From contig NZ_LT934425.1 in assembly GCF_900232105.1 (NCBI RefSeq), positions 3,690,001-3,722,000 on the forward strand: a stretch of DNA of 32,000 bases, read 5' to 3'. Both the position numbers and the translations under genes were made by a program. Positions 1 through 10,267 of this stretch are shown piece after piece; within the stretch, counting starts at the first letter, position 1, and every line of letters starts with the position of its first letter. The DNA is from Candidatus Kuenenia stuttgartensis. Lineage in GTDB: Bacteria; Planctomycetota; Brocadiia; Brocadiales; Brocadiaceae. The notes under the pieces are model-generated. The model saw only the letters and a program-made list of their open reading frames with translations, had not been told where the DNA came from and did not search any database.

Positions 1-346
1 TGTTAATCACAATGGCGGGGCCGACTAATTGTTCGAATGGTATTTGGTCTACGGAAGATTGATTCGGCTCAAAATGATTTGGTGCGTCAATATGTGTGCC
101 TAAATGTTCCGGTGTGCTGTATTTTCCCGAAAAGACCTTGTCTTTTCTTAATGAAGCGATTACTTCATATTTGAATGGTTCATATGCCCCTACAGGCCAG
201 TGCGCATTTTTTTCGTTTAGTGGATAAGTTAAATCGATAATTGATGCCTTGCCGTCCATCACCTTCTCCAGAATCCCTGCGGATATGTCTGATGTAATGC
301 AGGACAATGCAATGCAGGTAAAAAGGGGTATGAAAACCATTTTCAT
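1..346 (-). CDS. Cyclase family protein (kynurenine formamidase-like), N-terminal part, signal peptide; runs off left edge
   Basis: My minus-strand reading from ATG at 346 (after GGAAG): MKMVFIPLFTCIALSCITSDISAGILEKVMDGKASIIDLTYPLNEKNAHWPVGAYEPFKYEVIASLRKDKVFSGKYSTPEHLGTHIDAPNHFEPNQSSVDQIPFEQLVGPAIVIN. It contains the cyclase-family GTHxDxPxHF metal-binding motif. The supplied ORF 180..440 is in another frame. Confidence 0.82.
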   Translation of the reverse strand, partial: MKMVFIPLFTCIALSCITSDISAGILEKVMDGKASIIDLTYPLNEKNAHWPVGAYEPFKYEVIASLRKDKVFSGKYSTPEHLGTHIDAPNHFEPNQSSVDQIPFEQLVGPAIVIN

Positions 347-385
347 AACAAACTTCCTTCCATGGATTAATGAAAATAAAAGCAG

Positions 386-452
386 GGGGCGAAGCATTAG
401 CTATAAATTGGCATAAATGCGTTCGTGCCCAAACTGGCAAATGCTTCGCCCC
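386..452. repeat. Intergenic inverted repeat GGGGCGAAGCATT...AATGCTTCGCCCC
   Basis: Perfect 13-bp arms at 386-398 and 440-452. A related word (GTAGGGGAGAAGCATTTG) recurs near 19328. Confidence 0.7.
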
Positions 453-690
453 TACTTTTTCAAAAAACTAAATTGTTACGAGAAAATTTGCACTATAATT
501 CAATCAAAGACAAAAGTGTAGCATATCTTATCGATTCATACCGGCGGAGTTCAATAATTATCTTTTTTTATTTATTTTAAGGTGTATATGTATTTAAATA
601 ACAAACAGTAACTGTGGTTTTTATGAAAAAGGTATAATTCCCGGCAGATAATTTGTTATTTTTGAGTACTGGTTTTAGAGGATACTAATT

Positions 691-1719
691 ATGCGTAAAA
701 TGGCAATGTATGGTTTTGTATTATTATTGGCGCTTGTTGTGGGAAATGCTATTGATGGAATTGCAGATGATAAGATACAGGGTGATGGCAGATTAAAAAA
801 TGCTGAAAGCATTGCTCCGGCTATACAATTTGATGCATATACCCATGATTTTGGGAAGATTTATAGTGGTGAAAAAGTTATCCATAAATTTAAATTCAAA
901 AATCATGGCGACGGTGAATTGATAATCGATAAGGTGAAATCTGCATGCGGTTGTACGGCGGCATTAAGTACAAAGAAAAATATCAAAAAAAATGAAGAGG
1001 GAGAAATCGAGGTAAAATTCAATTCCGGCAAGTACGTTGGTAAAATAGCAAAATCAATATTTGTGCATTCAAATGACCCCGTTAATCCAAAGGTTAAATT
1101 GGTCATTGAAATGAATATAATTGAAGAAGTAAGCGTTACTCCTAAGCGAATTAATTTTGGCGTCATCAGAATGGGTAGTCCTTGTTCAGTAAATCTCGAA
1201 ATAAAAACATTACCCGGTTCAAGGATAAAAATATTGAATGTTGAAACAAATTTTCCCTATATAAAACTAAAGGATAAAGAGAAAAGTGGAGATGTTTGGA
1301 ATTATGAGGTTGCGTTAAGAGGTGTTGAAGAGCTTGGAAAGTTTAACGGTTTTATTTTTGTTCATACAAATAGCGAAAAGAAACCAAAGATTGATATCCC
1401 TTTTAACGGCGAGGTGATAGGTGATATTACGTATTACCCGAATAAACTGTCCTTTGGAACAGTCAGGAAAAACCGGGAAGTTAAAAAAACGGTTATTGTT
1501 ACCTTAGTGGATAAAAGTGTAGAAATTGAAAAAATAGAAATAGAGCCTGCATTTATGACATATAATATTTCTCCGCTGAATGATGATAGCCGGGTAATCA
1601 GTGTGCATATGAATCAGGGAGATTTTACCGGAACGGTAAACGGCAGTTTGTTGATCTATTCGAATAGCTCTCTTCAGCCTGAGATTTGTATCCCTATTTC
1701 GGCGACAATAAATGATTGA
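691..1719 (+). CDS. Secreted DUF1573-domain protein
   Basis: Signal peptide, then IQFDAYTHDFGKIYSGEKVIHKFKFKNHGDGELIIDKVKSACGCTA, the typical DUF1573 pattern; repeated Ig-like beta domains follow. Confidence 0.82.
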   Translation: MRKMAMYGFVLLLALVVGNAIDGIADDKIQGDGRLKNAESIAPAIQFDAYTHDFGKIYSGEKVIHKFKFKNHGDGELIIDKVKSACGCTAALSTKKNIKKNEEGEIEVKFNSGKYVGKIAKSIFVHSNDPVNPKVKLVIEMNIIEEVSVTPKRINFGVIRMGSPCSVNLEIKTLPGSRIKILNVETNFPYIKLKDKEKSGDVWNYEVALRGVEELGKFNGFIFVHTNSEKKPKIDIPFNGEVIGDITYYPNKLSFGTVRKNREVKKTVIVTLVDKSVEIEKIEIEPAFMTYNISPLNDDSRVISVHMNQGDFTGTVNGSLLIYSNSSLQPEICIPISATIND

Positions 1720-1833
1720 AGTGGTAAATAATTCTTACGGTAGTTTCTCAATAAGTTTTGGTAGGGGTTGTCAAAAAAATAAAAACTGCTCCCGTTTCCA
1801 ATTAAGCTCCGGTTTCGGATAGAAAAAAGAATG

Positions 1834-1857
1834 TGTAACACTGTTACAAATGTTACA
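1834..1857. promoter_or_regulatory. Palindrome TGTAAC-ACT-GTTACA plus a further GTTACA half-site, directly upstream of the CDS start
   Basis: TGTAACACTGTTACAAATGTTACA read directly; ends 9 bp before ATG 1866. Confidence 0.4.
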
Positions 1858-1865
1858 ATATTTTT

Positions 1866-3227
1866 ATGAAAAAATATTATAACGCCATATTTCTCCTTGT
1901 TTTCATTTCTCTGATCGCAAAAACCGGCAGTTCTTCCGATAGATTCGTTTTAATATTTTTCGGTGAAGAGCAAGGCGCCCTTGCCCCCTGCGGTTGTTTT
2001 GAGGGTCAATTGGGCGGTATCTCGCGAAGGGATACGCTTTTAAAGGATTACGAAACACAAGGCATTTCTGCGATAGCGGTAAGTACGGGCGATCTTATTA
2101 AGAGTCCTGAACGCCAGGAAGAGATTAAAATGGAATATTTGCTTGCTGCAATGAAAGAGATGGGGTGTATATTACACAATCTTGGCGAGAAAGATTTTGA
2201 AATTGGCCTGCAGGCTCTGAGTTTTGCTTCGCAAACAAATACGATAGACTTTCTTTGCGGCAATATTGAAATAAATTCGCCGTTCCCTTTAAAGTATAAA
2301 AAATACCTGTTAAAAGAATTGCCAGGATTCAACATTCCGTTAAAAATCGCATTTTTAAGCATTATTTCAGAGTCGCTGATCAAAGGGCATTTATTGGATT
2401 TTATAAGGGTATATGATCCTGTTCAATCATTAACGCCGGTAATAAACCAGATAAAAGGGAAAGCAGATCTTATCGTGCTTATATCGCACGCACCCATGGA
2501 GGAATCTGTTGAAATTGCCGAAACATTCCCGGAAATTGGATTAGTAATTACCGGACATGGTATCGAAGACCCAATAGAATCGTTAATGTATGTAAATAAT
2601 ACCCCTCTTCTCTCACATGGAACAAGGGGGAGATACGTAGCGGTTGCTGACTATGTTGTGAAAAGCGGCTCGATACGAAATACATCCGTTGATATAGTTC
2701 CCTTAGACGACAAATATGCTGCATCTGAAAAAATGCAGGTATTGCTGAAGCAATATCAGCAAACGTTAAAGGAGGAGGATTTGTTGAGCAACCTCCCGAA
2801 ATTACCGTTGGAAGATGGAAATTTCTATATTGGGAGTTTGGCTTGCGGAACATGTCACAAGAAAATTCATGCCCATTGGAGTAATACAAGTCATCAAAAA
2901 GCATACACTACATTGTCCGATAGCGGACAACAGTATGATCCCGAATGTATACGTTGTCATACGGTTGGATTTGGATACGTCTCTGGTTTTGCAAATTATG
3001 ATACAAACCGGAATCTTGCGCATGTCGGGTGCGAAAGTTGTCACGGAGCAGGCGGCAATCACATAAAAAATATCACTGATTCATATGGCAAGGTAAACGA
3101 AAATCGTTGCCTTGAATGTCACAATTTCGACCATAGTCCAAAATTTCAATACCCAAAATACTGGGAAAAAATTAAACATCCCAAAGAGATTCCTGAGGGC
3201 ATGCCTGAAAATACACACGGCGGTTGA
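1866..3227 (+). CDS. Fusion of 5'-nucleotidase/metallophosphatase-like domain with a cytochrome c554-like tetraheme domain
   Basis: N-terminal ALAPCGCFEGQLGGISRRDTLL..., GDLIKS..., VITGHG, SHGTRGRYVA. Four CxxCH motifs in the C-terminal part: CGTCH, CIRCH, CESCH, CLECH. Confidence 0.75.
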   Translation: MKKYYNAIFLLVFISLIAKTGSSSDRFVLIFFGEEQGALAPCGCFEGQLGGISRRDTLLKDYETQGISAIAVSTGDLIKSPERQEEIKMEYLLAAMKEMGCILHNLGEKDFEIGLQALSFASQTNTIDFLCGNIEINSPFPLKYKKYLLKELPGFNIPLKIAFLSIISESLIKGHLLDFIRVYDPVQSLTPVINQIKGKADLIVLISHAPMEESVEIAETFPEIGLVITGHGIEDPIESLMYVNNTPLLSHGTRGRYVAVADYVVKSGSIRNTSVDIVPLDDKYAASEKMQVLLKQYQQTLKEEDLLSNLPKLPLEDGNFYIGSLACGTCHKKIHAHWSNTSHQKAYTTLSDSGQQYDPECIRCHTVGFGYVSGFANYDTNRNLAHVGCESCHGAGGNHIKNITDSYGKVNENRCLECHNFDHSPKFQYPKYWEKIKHPKEIPEGMPENTHGG

Positions 3228-3276
3228 CTAATGACTAACTTCATAATAATTTTGCGAATAACGGGAATTGATAATT

Positions 3277-4308
3277 ATGCCAGACCTTAGAAAAGACCCT
3301 GTATCCGGTCGTTGGGTTATTATTGCGACGGAACGGGCTATGCGGCCTAACGATTTTAAGATAGAACCGCATGCCCCATTAAGTGCAGATGTGTTTTGTC
3401 CGTTTTGTGAAGGCAATGAAGACAAGACTCCTCCTGAAATTATGGCATATAGGGAAAAAGGCAGCTATGCAAATAAAAAAGGGTGGAGGGTGAGGGTTGT
3501 GCCGAATAAATTCCCGGCATTAAAAATTGAGGGGGGATTGAACAAACAAGGTGTGGGAATATACGATACCATGAGTGGCGTAGGCGCTCACGAAGTGATT
3601 ATTGAAAGTCCCTTGCACATTACATCATTAACGGAAATGTCTATCTGGCAGGTGGAAGAAATATTGTGGACGTACAGGGACAGGATGATTGATTTAAAAA
3701 AGGACAAACGTTTCATTTACGGATTGTTGTTTAAAAATGTGGGAAGAGCCGCAGGCGCCTCTCTGGAGCACTCGCATTCCCAGTTAATTGTCACTCCGAT
3801 TGTGCCTATTACGGTTATCCATGAAATGGAAGGATCGGAGGTATTCTACAAATACAGGGGACGTTGTTTATTTTGTGATATGGTCAGACAGGAATTAGCA
3901 ACAGACGCCAGAATTGTAATGGAAGGAAAAAATTTTATAGCCTTTACGCCTTATGCCTCCCGTTTCCCCTTTGAGATTTGGATTTTGTCAAAAACGCATG
4001 CGTCTCATTTTGAAAACATACAAAAACTTGAGGTTGAGGAATTAGCAAAGATATTACAGAAAACAATATTAAAGCTGGAGGCATGTTTAACATATCCTCC
4101 TTATAATTATATTATTCACACAACGCCTTTTACCTATGGAGAAATAGAATACTATCACTGGCATATAGAGATTATTCCACGCCTGACAAACATCGCCGGA
4201 TTTGAGTGGGGCAGTGGTTTTTATATTAATACGGTTACGCCTGAGACTGCCGCTGAATTTCTCAGGAATGCTAACATCCAAAACAACAATGAGGATATGA
4301 AATTGTGA
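3277..4308 (+). CDS. galT: Galactose-1-phosphate uridylyltransferase
   Basis: [64 protein letters not shown]. The track starts at TTG 3268; ATG 3277 fits the family N-terminus better. Confidence 0.9.
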   Translation: MPDLRKDPVSGRWVIIATERAMRPNDFKIEPHAPLSADVFCPFCEGNEDKTPPEIMAYREKGSYANKKGWRVRVVPNKFPALKIEGGLNKQGVGIYDTMSGVGAHEVIIESPLHITSLTEMSIWQVEEILWTYRDRMIDLKKDKRFIYGLLFKNVGRAAGASLEHSHSQLIVTPIVPITVIHEMEGSEVFYKYRGRCLFCDMVRQELATDARIVMEGKNFIAFTPYASRFPFEIWILSKTHASHFENIQKLEVEELAKILQKTILKLEACLTYPPYNYIIHTTPFTYGEIEYYHWHIEIIPRLTNIAGFEWGSGFYINTVTPETAAEFLRNANIQNNNEDMKL

Positions 4309-5768
4309 ATGTAGTATATTTATCATCTGAGGTCCTTCCCTTTGCAAAATCAGGAGGGCTGGCTGATATCTCGAGTGTAATACCAAAGAATTTAAATAAA
4401 TTGGGCATCAACGTTATTGTAATAATGCCATTTTATAATATGGTGAAAGAATGTAATTGCACTATAGATAAGACAGATATCACCTTTACGGTAAACATCG
4501 GAGACGATGCAAAAACCTGCTGTGTATATAAAAGTTGTCTGCCCGGCACAGATATTCCGATATATTTTTTACACAACGAACACTATTTCGGGAGAAATGG
4601 CCTGTATAACTATCCTGGTACCATGCGCAATTATGAAGATAATTGCGAACGTTTTATCTTCTTTGCCCGAAGCGCCCTGGAATTAATGCTGCGTTTAAAA
4701 CCTTGTCCGGATATTATCCATTGCAACGATTGGCAGACCGGGCTTATTCCTGTTTATTTAAAGACGATATACGGGAATAACGAATGTTTTAAAAAGACAC
4801 GGACGATAATGACCATTCACAACCTTGCGTTTCAGGGATTATTTCCGGCTGATTGTATGAAATATACGGGGTTAGACTGGGGTCTTTTTCACCCGGCTTA
4901 TTTAGAGTTCTATGGAATGATAAATTTTCTCAAAGCAGGCATTATCTTTAGTGATAGTATTACCACCGTAAGCGAGACATATGCAGAGGAGATACAGACG
5001 CAGGAATTTGGAGAACGTCTGGATGGTGTATTGAGAACGAGGTCAAAGGATATCTATGGCATTCTTAATGGAATAGATTATTCATTATGGAATCCTGAAA
5101 GTGATGCGCTTATAGCGGCTAATTATTCGTACAAAGATCTTTCAGGCAAGCATGTCTGTAAAAAGGCCCTGCAAAGAAAGCTGGGACTGCCGGAAAAGGC
5201 TGTTCCCATAATTGCAATGATTACACGCCTGACGGATCAAAAGGGTCTGGATTTAGTAATGAATATTTTTAATAAATTGCTTAGATTGGATATACAATTC
5301 GTTTTATTAGGTTCCGGAGAATCTGTCTATCAGGATTTTTTTAAACAGTACGCTAAAATTGTCCCTGCAAAGGTTTCAGCAAATATCTCGTTTAATGAGC
5401 CACTGGCGCATGAAATTGAAGCCGGGGCAGATATTTTTTTAATGCCGTCGCGCTATGAACCGTGCGGGTTAAATCAATTATATAGCATAAAATATGGAAC
5501 GGTACCGATTGTAAGACATACCGGAGGTCTTGCGGACACGATTTTTGACGTTCGTCACGAAAAAGTTTATAAAGAAAAAGCAAACGGGTTTTCATTTAAA
5601 GAATATAATGCAGATTTATTGTATGCAACAATTATACGGGCGCTTGATTTCTATAAAAATCGTTCAGAGTGGACGAAACTTATGAGAAACGGAATGAAAC
5701 AGAACTGGCTATGGGAGGAAAGTGCGCGAAAGTATATCTCTCTTTATGAAAAAATTTTGAGAAATTAA
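4305..5768 (+). CDS. glgA: Glycogen/starch synthase (GT5)
   Basis: [81 protein letters not shown]; overlaps the galT stop (GTG start). Confidence 0.94.
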   Translation: MNVVYLSSEVLPFAKSGGLADISSVIPKNLNKLGINVIVIMPFYNMVKECNCTIDKTDITFTVNIGDDAKTCCVYKSCLPGTDIPIYFLHNEHYFGRNGLYNYPGTMRNYEDNCERFIFFARSALELMLRLKPCPDIIHCNDWQTGLIPVYLKTIYGNNECFKKTRTIMTIHNLAFQGLFPADCMKYTGLDWGLFHPAYLEFYGMINFLKAGIIFSDSITTVSETYAEEIQTQEFGERLDGVLRTRSKDIYGILNGIDYSLWNPESDALIAANYSYKDLSGKHVCKKALQRKLGLPEKAVPIIAMITRLTDQKGLDLVMNIFNKLLRLDIQFVLLGSGESVYQDFFKQYAKIVPAKVSANISFNEPLAHEIEAGADIFLMPSRYEPCGLNQLYSIKYGTVPIVRHTGGLADTIFDVRHEKVYKEKANGFSFKEYNADLLYATIIRALDFYKNRSEWTKLMRNGMKQNWLWEESARKYISLYEKILRN

Positions 5769-5887
5769 TCTTATTTCCCCTGTAATTGCTATTTTGCCGG
5801 GCGGGATGAGAAAATGCAATTTCCCTGTTAAGTATACTTAGCAGTACTAACTTAACGTTTAGGAATTGCAATATTTATTTTTATTTA

Positions 5888-6015
5888 AGCAATGAACAAA
5901 CCCACCCCTAACCCCTTCCAACAGGGAACTTGTCAAATTCCCCTCTCGGGAGGGGATTGAGGGGTGGGTAAAAAATGAACGCCGTTGGGTTTTGTCTTTT
6001 GGAAACCCAACTTAA
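5888..6015. repeat. Dispersed ~128-bp intergenic repeat with internal C-rich/G-rich self-complementarity, copy A
   Basis: AAGCAATGAACAAACCCACCC...CTTGTCAAATTCCCCTCTCGGGAGGGG...GGGGTGGGTAAA...GCCGTTGGGTTTTGTCTTTTGGAAACCCAACTTAA; similar to 27744..27871. Confidence 0.85.
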
Positions 6016-6035
6016 CTTAACCTTTGGCCAGATAA

Positions 6036-7745
6036 ATGTTGCCGGATACTATAAAATTAAAACTGGAAGATATTATAAATAATATTTCAGATTCGGGAGT
6101 TGCCGGATTGGCATTGCTTGATCACGATCTTAATGTTGCATGGGCGAACCGCTCACTTTCTTCTATTTTAAAATTGAATTATGATCCGGTTGGAAAATCA
6201 TGCCGTGAGATATTTGACTGTGAATGCAAAGATAAGAATAATTGCACAATACTCAAGGCTCTTTCCAGCGGCAGAAAACAGTACAGCGAGGTTCAGTTAA
6301 GCGCTGATAAAGATACAAGAAAATACCTGCAAAATGTATCGGTACCAATTAAAGATGAAAAGGGAAGCATAACACATTTATTAAAAATTACTACTGATAT
6401 TACGTTAAAAGAAGAGAAGATTCATCAATATGATTTATTGAGAAAATTAGCTGAATTAATGCAGGGAACGCTTCAAATTGACCGGCTTCTTCATTTGATT
6501 CTGACGTGTGTGACGGCGGGAACTGCGCTGGGGTTTAACCGTGCAAGGCTTTTTGTTGTGGACCATGACCGCAACATTGTTTTCGGCAAGATGGCGGTAG
6601 GTCCGTCAGATGTTGCCGAAGCGAATAAGATATGGAATGAAATAGCACATAAATACAAAATGCTGGAGGATTTAATAAAGGCGTCGGAAGATAATTATCA
6701 ATATGATTCCCCCTTGCACATGATTACCCGGCTGATGGCATATTCGCTGGATGACGAAAATGAGGTTATTGTTTCATGCATCAGAAAAAAGAAGGTTATC
6801 GTGGAAAAAAATGCATTTAACAATCCCAATATCAACAAGAATTTTGTAAATATGATTGGTTCAAACGAATTTGTCTGTGTTCCTTTGATTGTAAGAGATA
6901 AAGCGATTGGGGCTATTTGCGCAGATAATATATACAGCAAAAAACCAATAACAGATGAAATGGTAATGCTTTTATCCACATTTGCGAATCATGCAGCGCT
7001 GGCGATTGAAAACGCGGATGCGTACAAGAAATTAGAGAAAAAAATTATTCAACTGAAAGACGCACAGGAACGGCTGGTACGTTCTGAAAAGCTTGCGGTT
7101 ATCGGTAACATGGCGGGTTATATTGCCCATGAAATACGAAATCCTCTGGTGACTATCGGAGGATTTGCCAGATCAATAGCCCGGGAAACAGCGGATAATA
7201 AAACAATAAAGAATAGCGCAGAAATTATTATTGATGAGGTAAGCAGGTTAGAAAAAATTCTTGCAGTCGTAATGGATTTTAGCAAAGTCGCTAAACCTGC
7301 TAAGGTGAAAACGCAGGTAAATGAAATAGTTGACAATACAATATCACTCATGGAATCATATTTTAAAAATATCGGCATAGATGTAGTAAAAAAATACGAA
7401 TCAATGATACCGGATATTGTGGTTGATCAGGACCAGATACGGCAGGTATTTTTAAATATCTTTAAAAATGCCGCTGAATCGATGCAAAATGGAGGAAAAC
7501 TGATTGTCGGAACAACGAAAGAGGATGAATATGTGAGAATAGATATTACTGATACAGGAGTGGGTATGGACGCGGACACTATAGAAAATATTTTTACTCC
7601 ATTTTATACTAAAAAAAGGGAAGGGACCGGTATTGGTTTGGCGGTATCGCAGAAAATTGTAGATGATCATGAAGGCTTTATAAAAGTAAAAAGCGAATTA
7701 AATCAAGGCGCTACATTTTCCATTTTTCTGCCGCTAAAGAAATAA
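6036..7745 (+). CDS. PAS-GAF sensor histidine kinase
   Basis: PAS domain with PVGKSCREIF, GAF domain, HisKA AGYIAHEIRNPLVTIGGFARSI, HATPase DTGVGMDADTIENIFTPFYTKKREGTGIGLAVSQKIV. Confidence 0.93.
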   Translation: MLPDTIKLKLEDIINNISDSGVAGLALLDHDLNVAWANRSLSSILKLNYDPVGKSCREIFDCECKDKNNCTILKALSSGRKQYSEVQLSADKDTRKYLQNVSVPIKDEKGSITHLLKITTDITLKEEKIHQYDLLRKLAELMQGTLQIDRLLHLILTCVTAGTALGFNRARLFVVDHDRNIVFGKMAVGPSDVAEANKIWNEIAHKYKMLEDLIKASEDNYQYDSPLHMITRLMAYSLDDENEVIVSCIRKKKVIVEKNAFNNPNINKNFVNMIGSNEFVCVPLIVRDKAIGAICADNIYSKKPITDEMVMLLSTFANHAALAIENADAYKKLEKKIIQLKDAQERLVRSEKLAVIGNMAGYIAHEIRNPLVTIGGFARSIARETADNKTIKNSAEIIIDEVSRLEKILAVVMDFSKVAKPAKVKTQVNEIVDNTISLMESYFKNIGIDVVKKYESMIPDIVVDQDQIRQVFLNIFKNAAESMQNGGKLIVGTTKEDEYVRIDITDTGVGMDADTIENIFTPFYTKKREGTGIGLAVSQKIVDDHEGFIKVKSELNQGATFSIFLPLKK

Positions 7746-7768
7746 TTATATATTGAAGGGAGTTTAAA

Positions 7769-8152
7769 ATGGATACTATATTATTGGTAGAAGATGATAA
7801 AAATCAGATTTTGTTATATGAACAGGAACTAGCAATAGAAGGTTATAAAGTTGTTACGGCTACAAATGGGATAGAGGCTATTGAGAACGCGCGGCATTTT
7901 AAACCGGACTTAGTGGTAATGGACATAAATATGCCCATGATGGACGGCATTGAGTCTATGTGCAGGATTTTGAGTGAACATAAAAACATTCCTATAATCA
8001 TTAATACGGCGTATAGCAACTATCAGAACAATTTCATGTCATGGTCGGCTGATGCATACATTGTTAAATCATCTGATCTAAAAGAATTAAAAGACAAGAT
8101 TAAAGAATTGCTTAATAAAAGGAAGAAAAACGACAATGATAAAACCGTTTGA
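7769..8152 (+). CDS. Stand-alone response regulator receiver domain protein
   Basis: ILLVEDDKNQ..., DLVVMDINMPMMDG, IIINTAYS..., AYIVKSSDL; no output domain. Confidence 0.92.
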   Translation: MDTILLVEDDKNQILLYEQELAIEGYKVVTATNGIEAIENARHFKPDLVVMDINMPMMDGIESMCRILSEHKNIPIIINTAYSNYQNNFMSWSADAYIVKSSDLKELKDKIKELLNKRKKNDNDKTV

Positions 8153-9368
8153 TCATACATTGTATAGAAAAGTCCTTGTAATGCTGCTTGCAGGGGGCAA
8201 AGGGGAAAGGTTGTATCCGTTGACAAGAGACAGGGCAAAGCCCGCAGTCCCTTTCGGCGGGATTTACCGCATTATAGATTTCACCTTAAGTAATTGCATT
8301 AATTCAGGATTAAGAAAAATATGCGTTTTAACACAGTATAAGTCTTATTCATTAGACAGGCATTTACGGGTAGGTTGGAATATTTTCAATACCGAGCTGG
8401 ATGAATTTATTGAAAATATCCCTCCTCAAAAGAGAACCAACGAAATGTGGTATCTGGGAACTGCCGATGCGGTATATCAGAATATATATGTTCTGGAAAG
8501 TGAACGCCCTGAGATGGTATTGGTTTTAGCAGGCGATCATATATACAAAATGGACTATGCTGAACTGATAAATTACCATATCACAAATGAAGCGGATCTG
8601 ACGGTTCCCTGTATTGAGGTGCCGTTGGAAGATGCTACTCGGTTTGGCGTAGTAGCCATAGATAATGATTCCCGTATCATTGATTTTGATGAAAAACCTT
8701 CGAATCCCAAACCACTTCCCACAAATCAAAATGTCGCCCTTGTTTCCATGGGCATATATTTGTTCAATACCGAGGTGCTTGTAAGGCGCATAATAGAGAA
8801 TGCAAAAAATGACACTAACAGAGATTTTGGGAAAAATATTATTCCAACTATGATTCAAAAAGACCGGGTGCTTTCATTTGTTTTTAATGGCAATGAGCAT
8901 AACACGTCTAACTATTGGAGAGATATTGGCACTTTAGATGCATATTGGGAGGCGAATATTGATCTGGTTAAAAAAAACCCCGACTTTGATCTTTTTGATA
9001 ATAGGTGGCCTATCCGAACATATAATAAGCAATATCCTCCCGCAAAATATATATTCGAAAATGAGAAAAACGGAATGATAAAAGATGCATTGATATCAAA
9101 TGGATGCCTGATCAATGACGCCAGCATCGTGAAATCCATTATATCTCCCTGCGTTACAATCGGAGCTCAATCATCAGTGATAGGTTCCATTATAATGGAA
9201 GGTGTAAGAATCGGGGAAAACGTTAAGATTAAAAATGCAATCATTGATAAACATGTAACAATACCGGATGGGATGAAAATGGGATATGATTTGCAGGATG
9301 ATGGAAAACAATTTACGGTAACCGAAAAAGGCATCGTTGTTGCGCACAAGGAAATGCATCTGATATGA
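8136..9368 (+). CDS. glgC: Glucose-1-phosphate adenylyltransferase
   Basis: VMLLAGGKGERLYPLTRDRAKPAVPFGGIYRIIDFTLSNCINSGLRKICVLTQYKSYSL, VLVLAGDHIYKMDY, NYWRDIGTLDAYWEANIDLV. Confidence 0.95.
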   Translation: MIKPFDHTLYRKVLVMLLAGGKGERLYPLTRDRAKPAVPFGGIYRIIDFTLSNCINSGLRKICVLTQYKSYSLDRHLRVGWNIFNTELDEFIENIPPQKRTNEMWYLGTADAVYQNIYVLESERPEMVLVLAGDHIYKMDYAELINYHITNEADLTVPCIEVPLEDATRFGVVAIDNDSRIIDFDEKPSNPKPLPTNQNVALVSMGIYLFNTEVLVRRIIENAKNDTNRDFGKNIIPTMIQKDRVLSFVFNGNEHNTSNYWRDIGTLDAYWEANIDLVKKNPDFDLFDNRWPIRTYNKQYPPAKYIFENEKNGMIKDALISNGCLINDASIVKSIISPCVTIGAQSSVIGSIIMEGVRIGENVKIKNAIIDKHVTIPDGMKMGYDLQDDGKQFTVTEKGIVVAHKEMHLI

Positions 9369-9418
9369 AACATCCATGCCGGTGTTCGACTGTAATGTTT
9401 ACGCTGAATAGTTACATT

Positions 9419-9742
9419 TTATTTTCGGTCTTGATTTTTTTTGTAATGAATGTTGGATGGTGAGTAACCGTTTGCTTGCAGAAAATGGAGAAGTTTTTTA
9501 CTTGCCTTCTGTTCTCTTGAATAGTCTGGCAGCCAGAATTTTGTGGTATCAATCCCGCTGACGGTTTTGTTCCTGGAATTTATAACGTAAGTTTTTTGTT
9601 CAGAAGTAGCACTCTGGTATTTGACAAGGATGATACCGTCATTCGGGTCAAAATCGACTTCAATACGCATACCCTCATCGTCGTATATCTTTCCAATAGC
9701 CTTCACTATATCAACTAATTCATCCAAAGAGTTTCTCTTCAT
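9419..9742 (-). CDS. Hypothetical protein, 107 aa
   Basis: Uninterrupted minus-strand ORF with hydrophilic, plausible composition and no overlap with other genes; no family recognised. Confidence 0.5.
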   Translation of the reverse strand: MKRNSLDELVDIVKAIGKIYDDEGMRIEVDFDPNDGIILVKYQSATSEQKTYVINSRNKTVSGIDTTKFWLPDYSREQKASKKLLHFLQANGYSPSNIHYKKNQDRK

Positions 9743-9867
9743 ATTTTATAATGCAGCAAAAAGCTGCAACCAAAAAGAATTTAACCACGAATCCGCCTTA
9801 CCTACCCACAAAACATAAAAAATCTTTTAGAACCCAACCTAACTGGCATGGACGGAACCAAACAAGG

Positions 9868-9917
9868 ACGAAATACGAAACACGAAATACGAAATTCTAA
9901 GTACGAAATACGAAACA
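9868..9917. repeat. Short degenerate tandem array of ACGAAATACGAAA units
   Basis: acgaaatacgaaacacgaaatacgaaattctaagtacgaaatacgaaac; related AT-rich words recur near 13370-13440, 13500-13530 and 30995-31060. Confidence 0.6.
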
Positions 9918-10229
9918 AATTCCATAATCCACCCCTGCACCCCCGCCAGCGGGGGACATTCTGCCTCCTTTGTAGGGGATTAGGGGGAGGATATTTAGGA
10001 TTTCACCAGTAAATATTTTGCCAAAAAATGCAAGGAAATTACCTGCTTAATTCTCATTGCAATTGTACAGGAATCTTCATTTTATGAAAGCGTTTTTATA
10101 GTGGTGTTTCCAGAAGTCAAAGATTGAGGCAGGCATCAAAAAATTATAGCAAAAGTCATGCGGAGAAAGCGATGTTACGGTTCTTTACACGATTGGCGTG
10201 ATTTGAATGCAAAAAATAATAAATAATAA

Positions 10230-10257
10230 TTGACAATATTGTTTTTTATTATACAAT
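10230..10257 (+). promoter_or_regulatory. Sigma70-like promoter (TTGACA-N16-TACAAT) for the porin gene
   Basis: TTGACA at 10230-10235, 16-nt spacer, TACAAT at 10252-10257. Confidence 0.6.
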
Positions 10258-10267
10258 CCTAGACGTG

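Noticed and set aside
180-440. Minus-strand 86-aa ORF in the track
   Set aside because: Wrong frame over the real partial cyclase-family gene (1..346, minus), whose product has the GTHIDAPNHF motif.
903-1166. Minus-strand 87-aa ORF
   Set aside because: Antisense shadow of the DUF1573 coding sequence.
2048-2904. Minus-strand ORFs 2048..2383 and 2548..2904
   Set aside because: Antisense shadows of the metallophosphatase-cytochrome fusion; composition not protein-like.
9868-9917. ACGAAATACGAAA repeats as a CRISPR array
   Set aside because: Units are ~13 bp and contiguous with no 25-40-nt unique spacers; no cas genes in the window.
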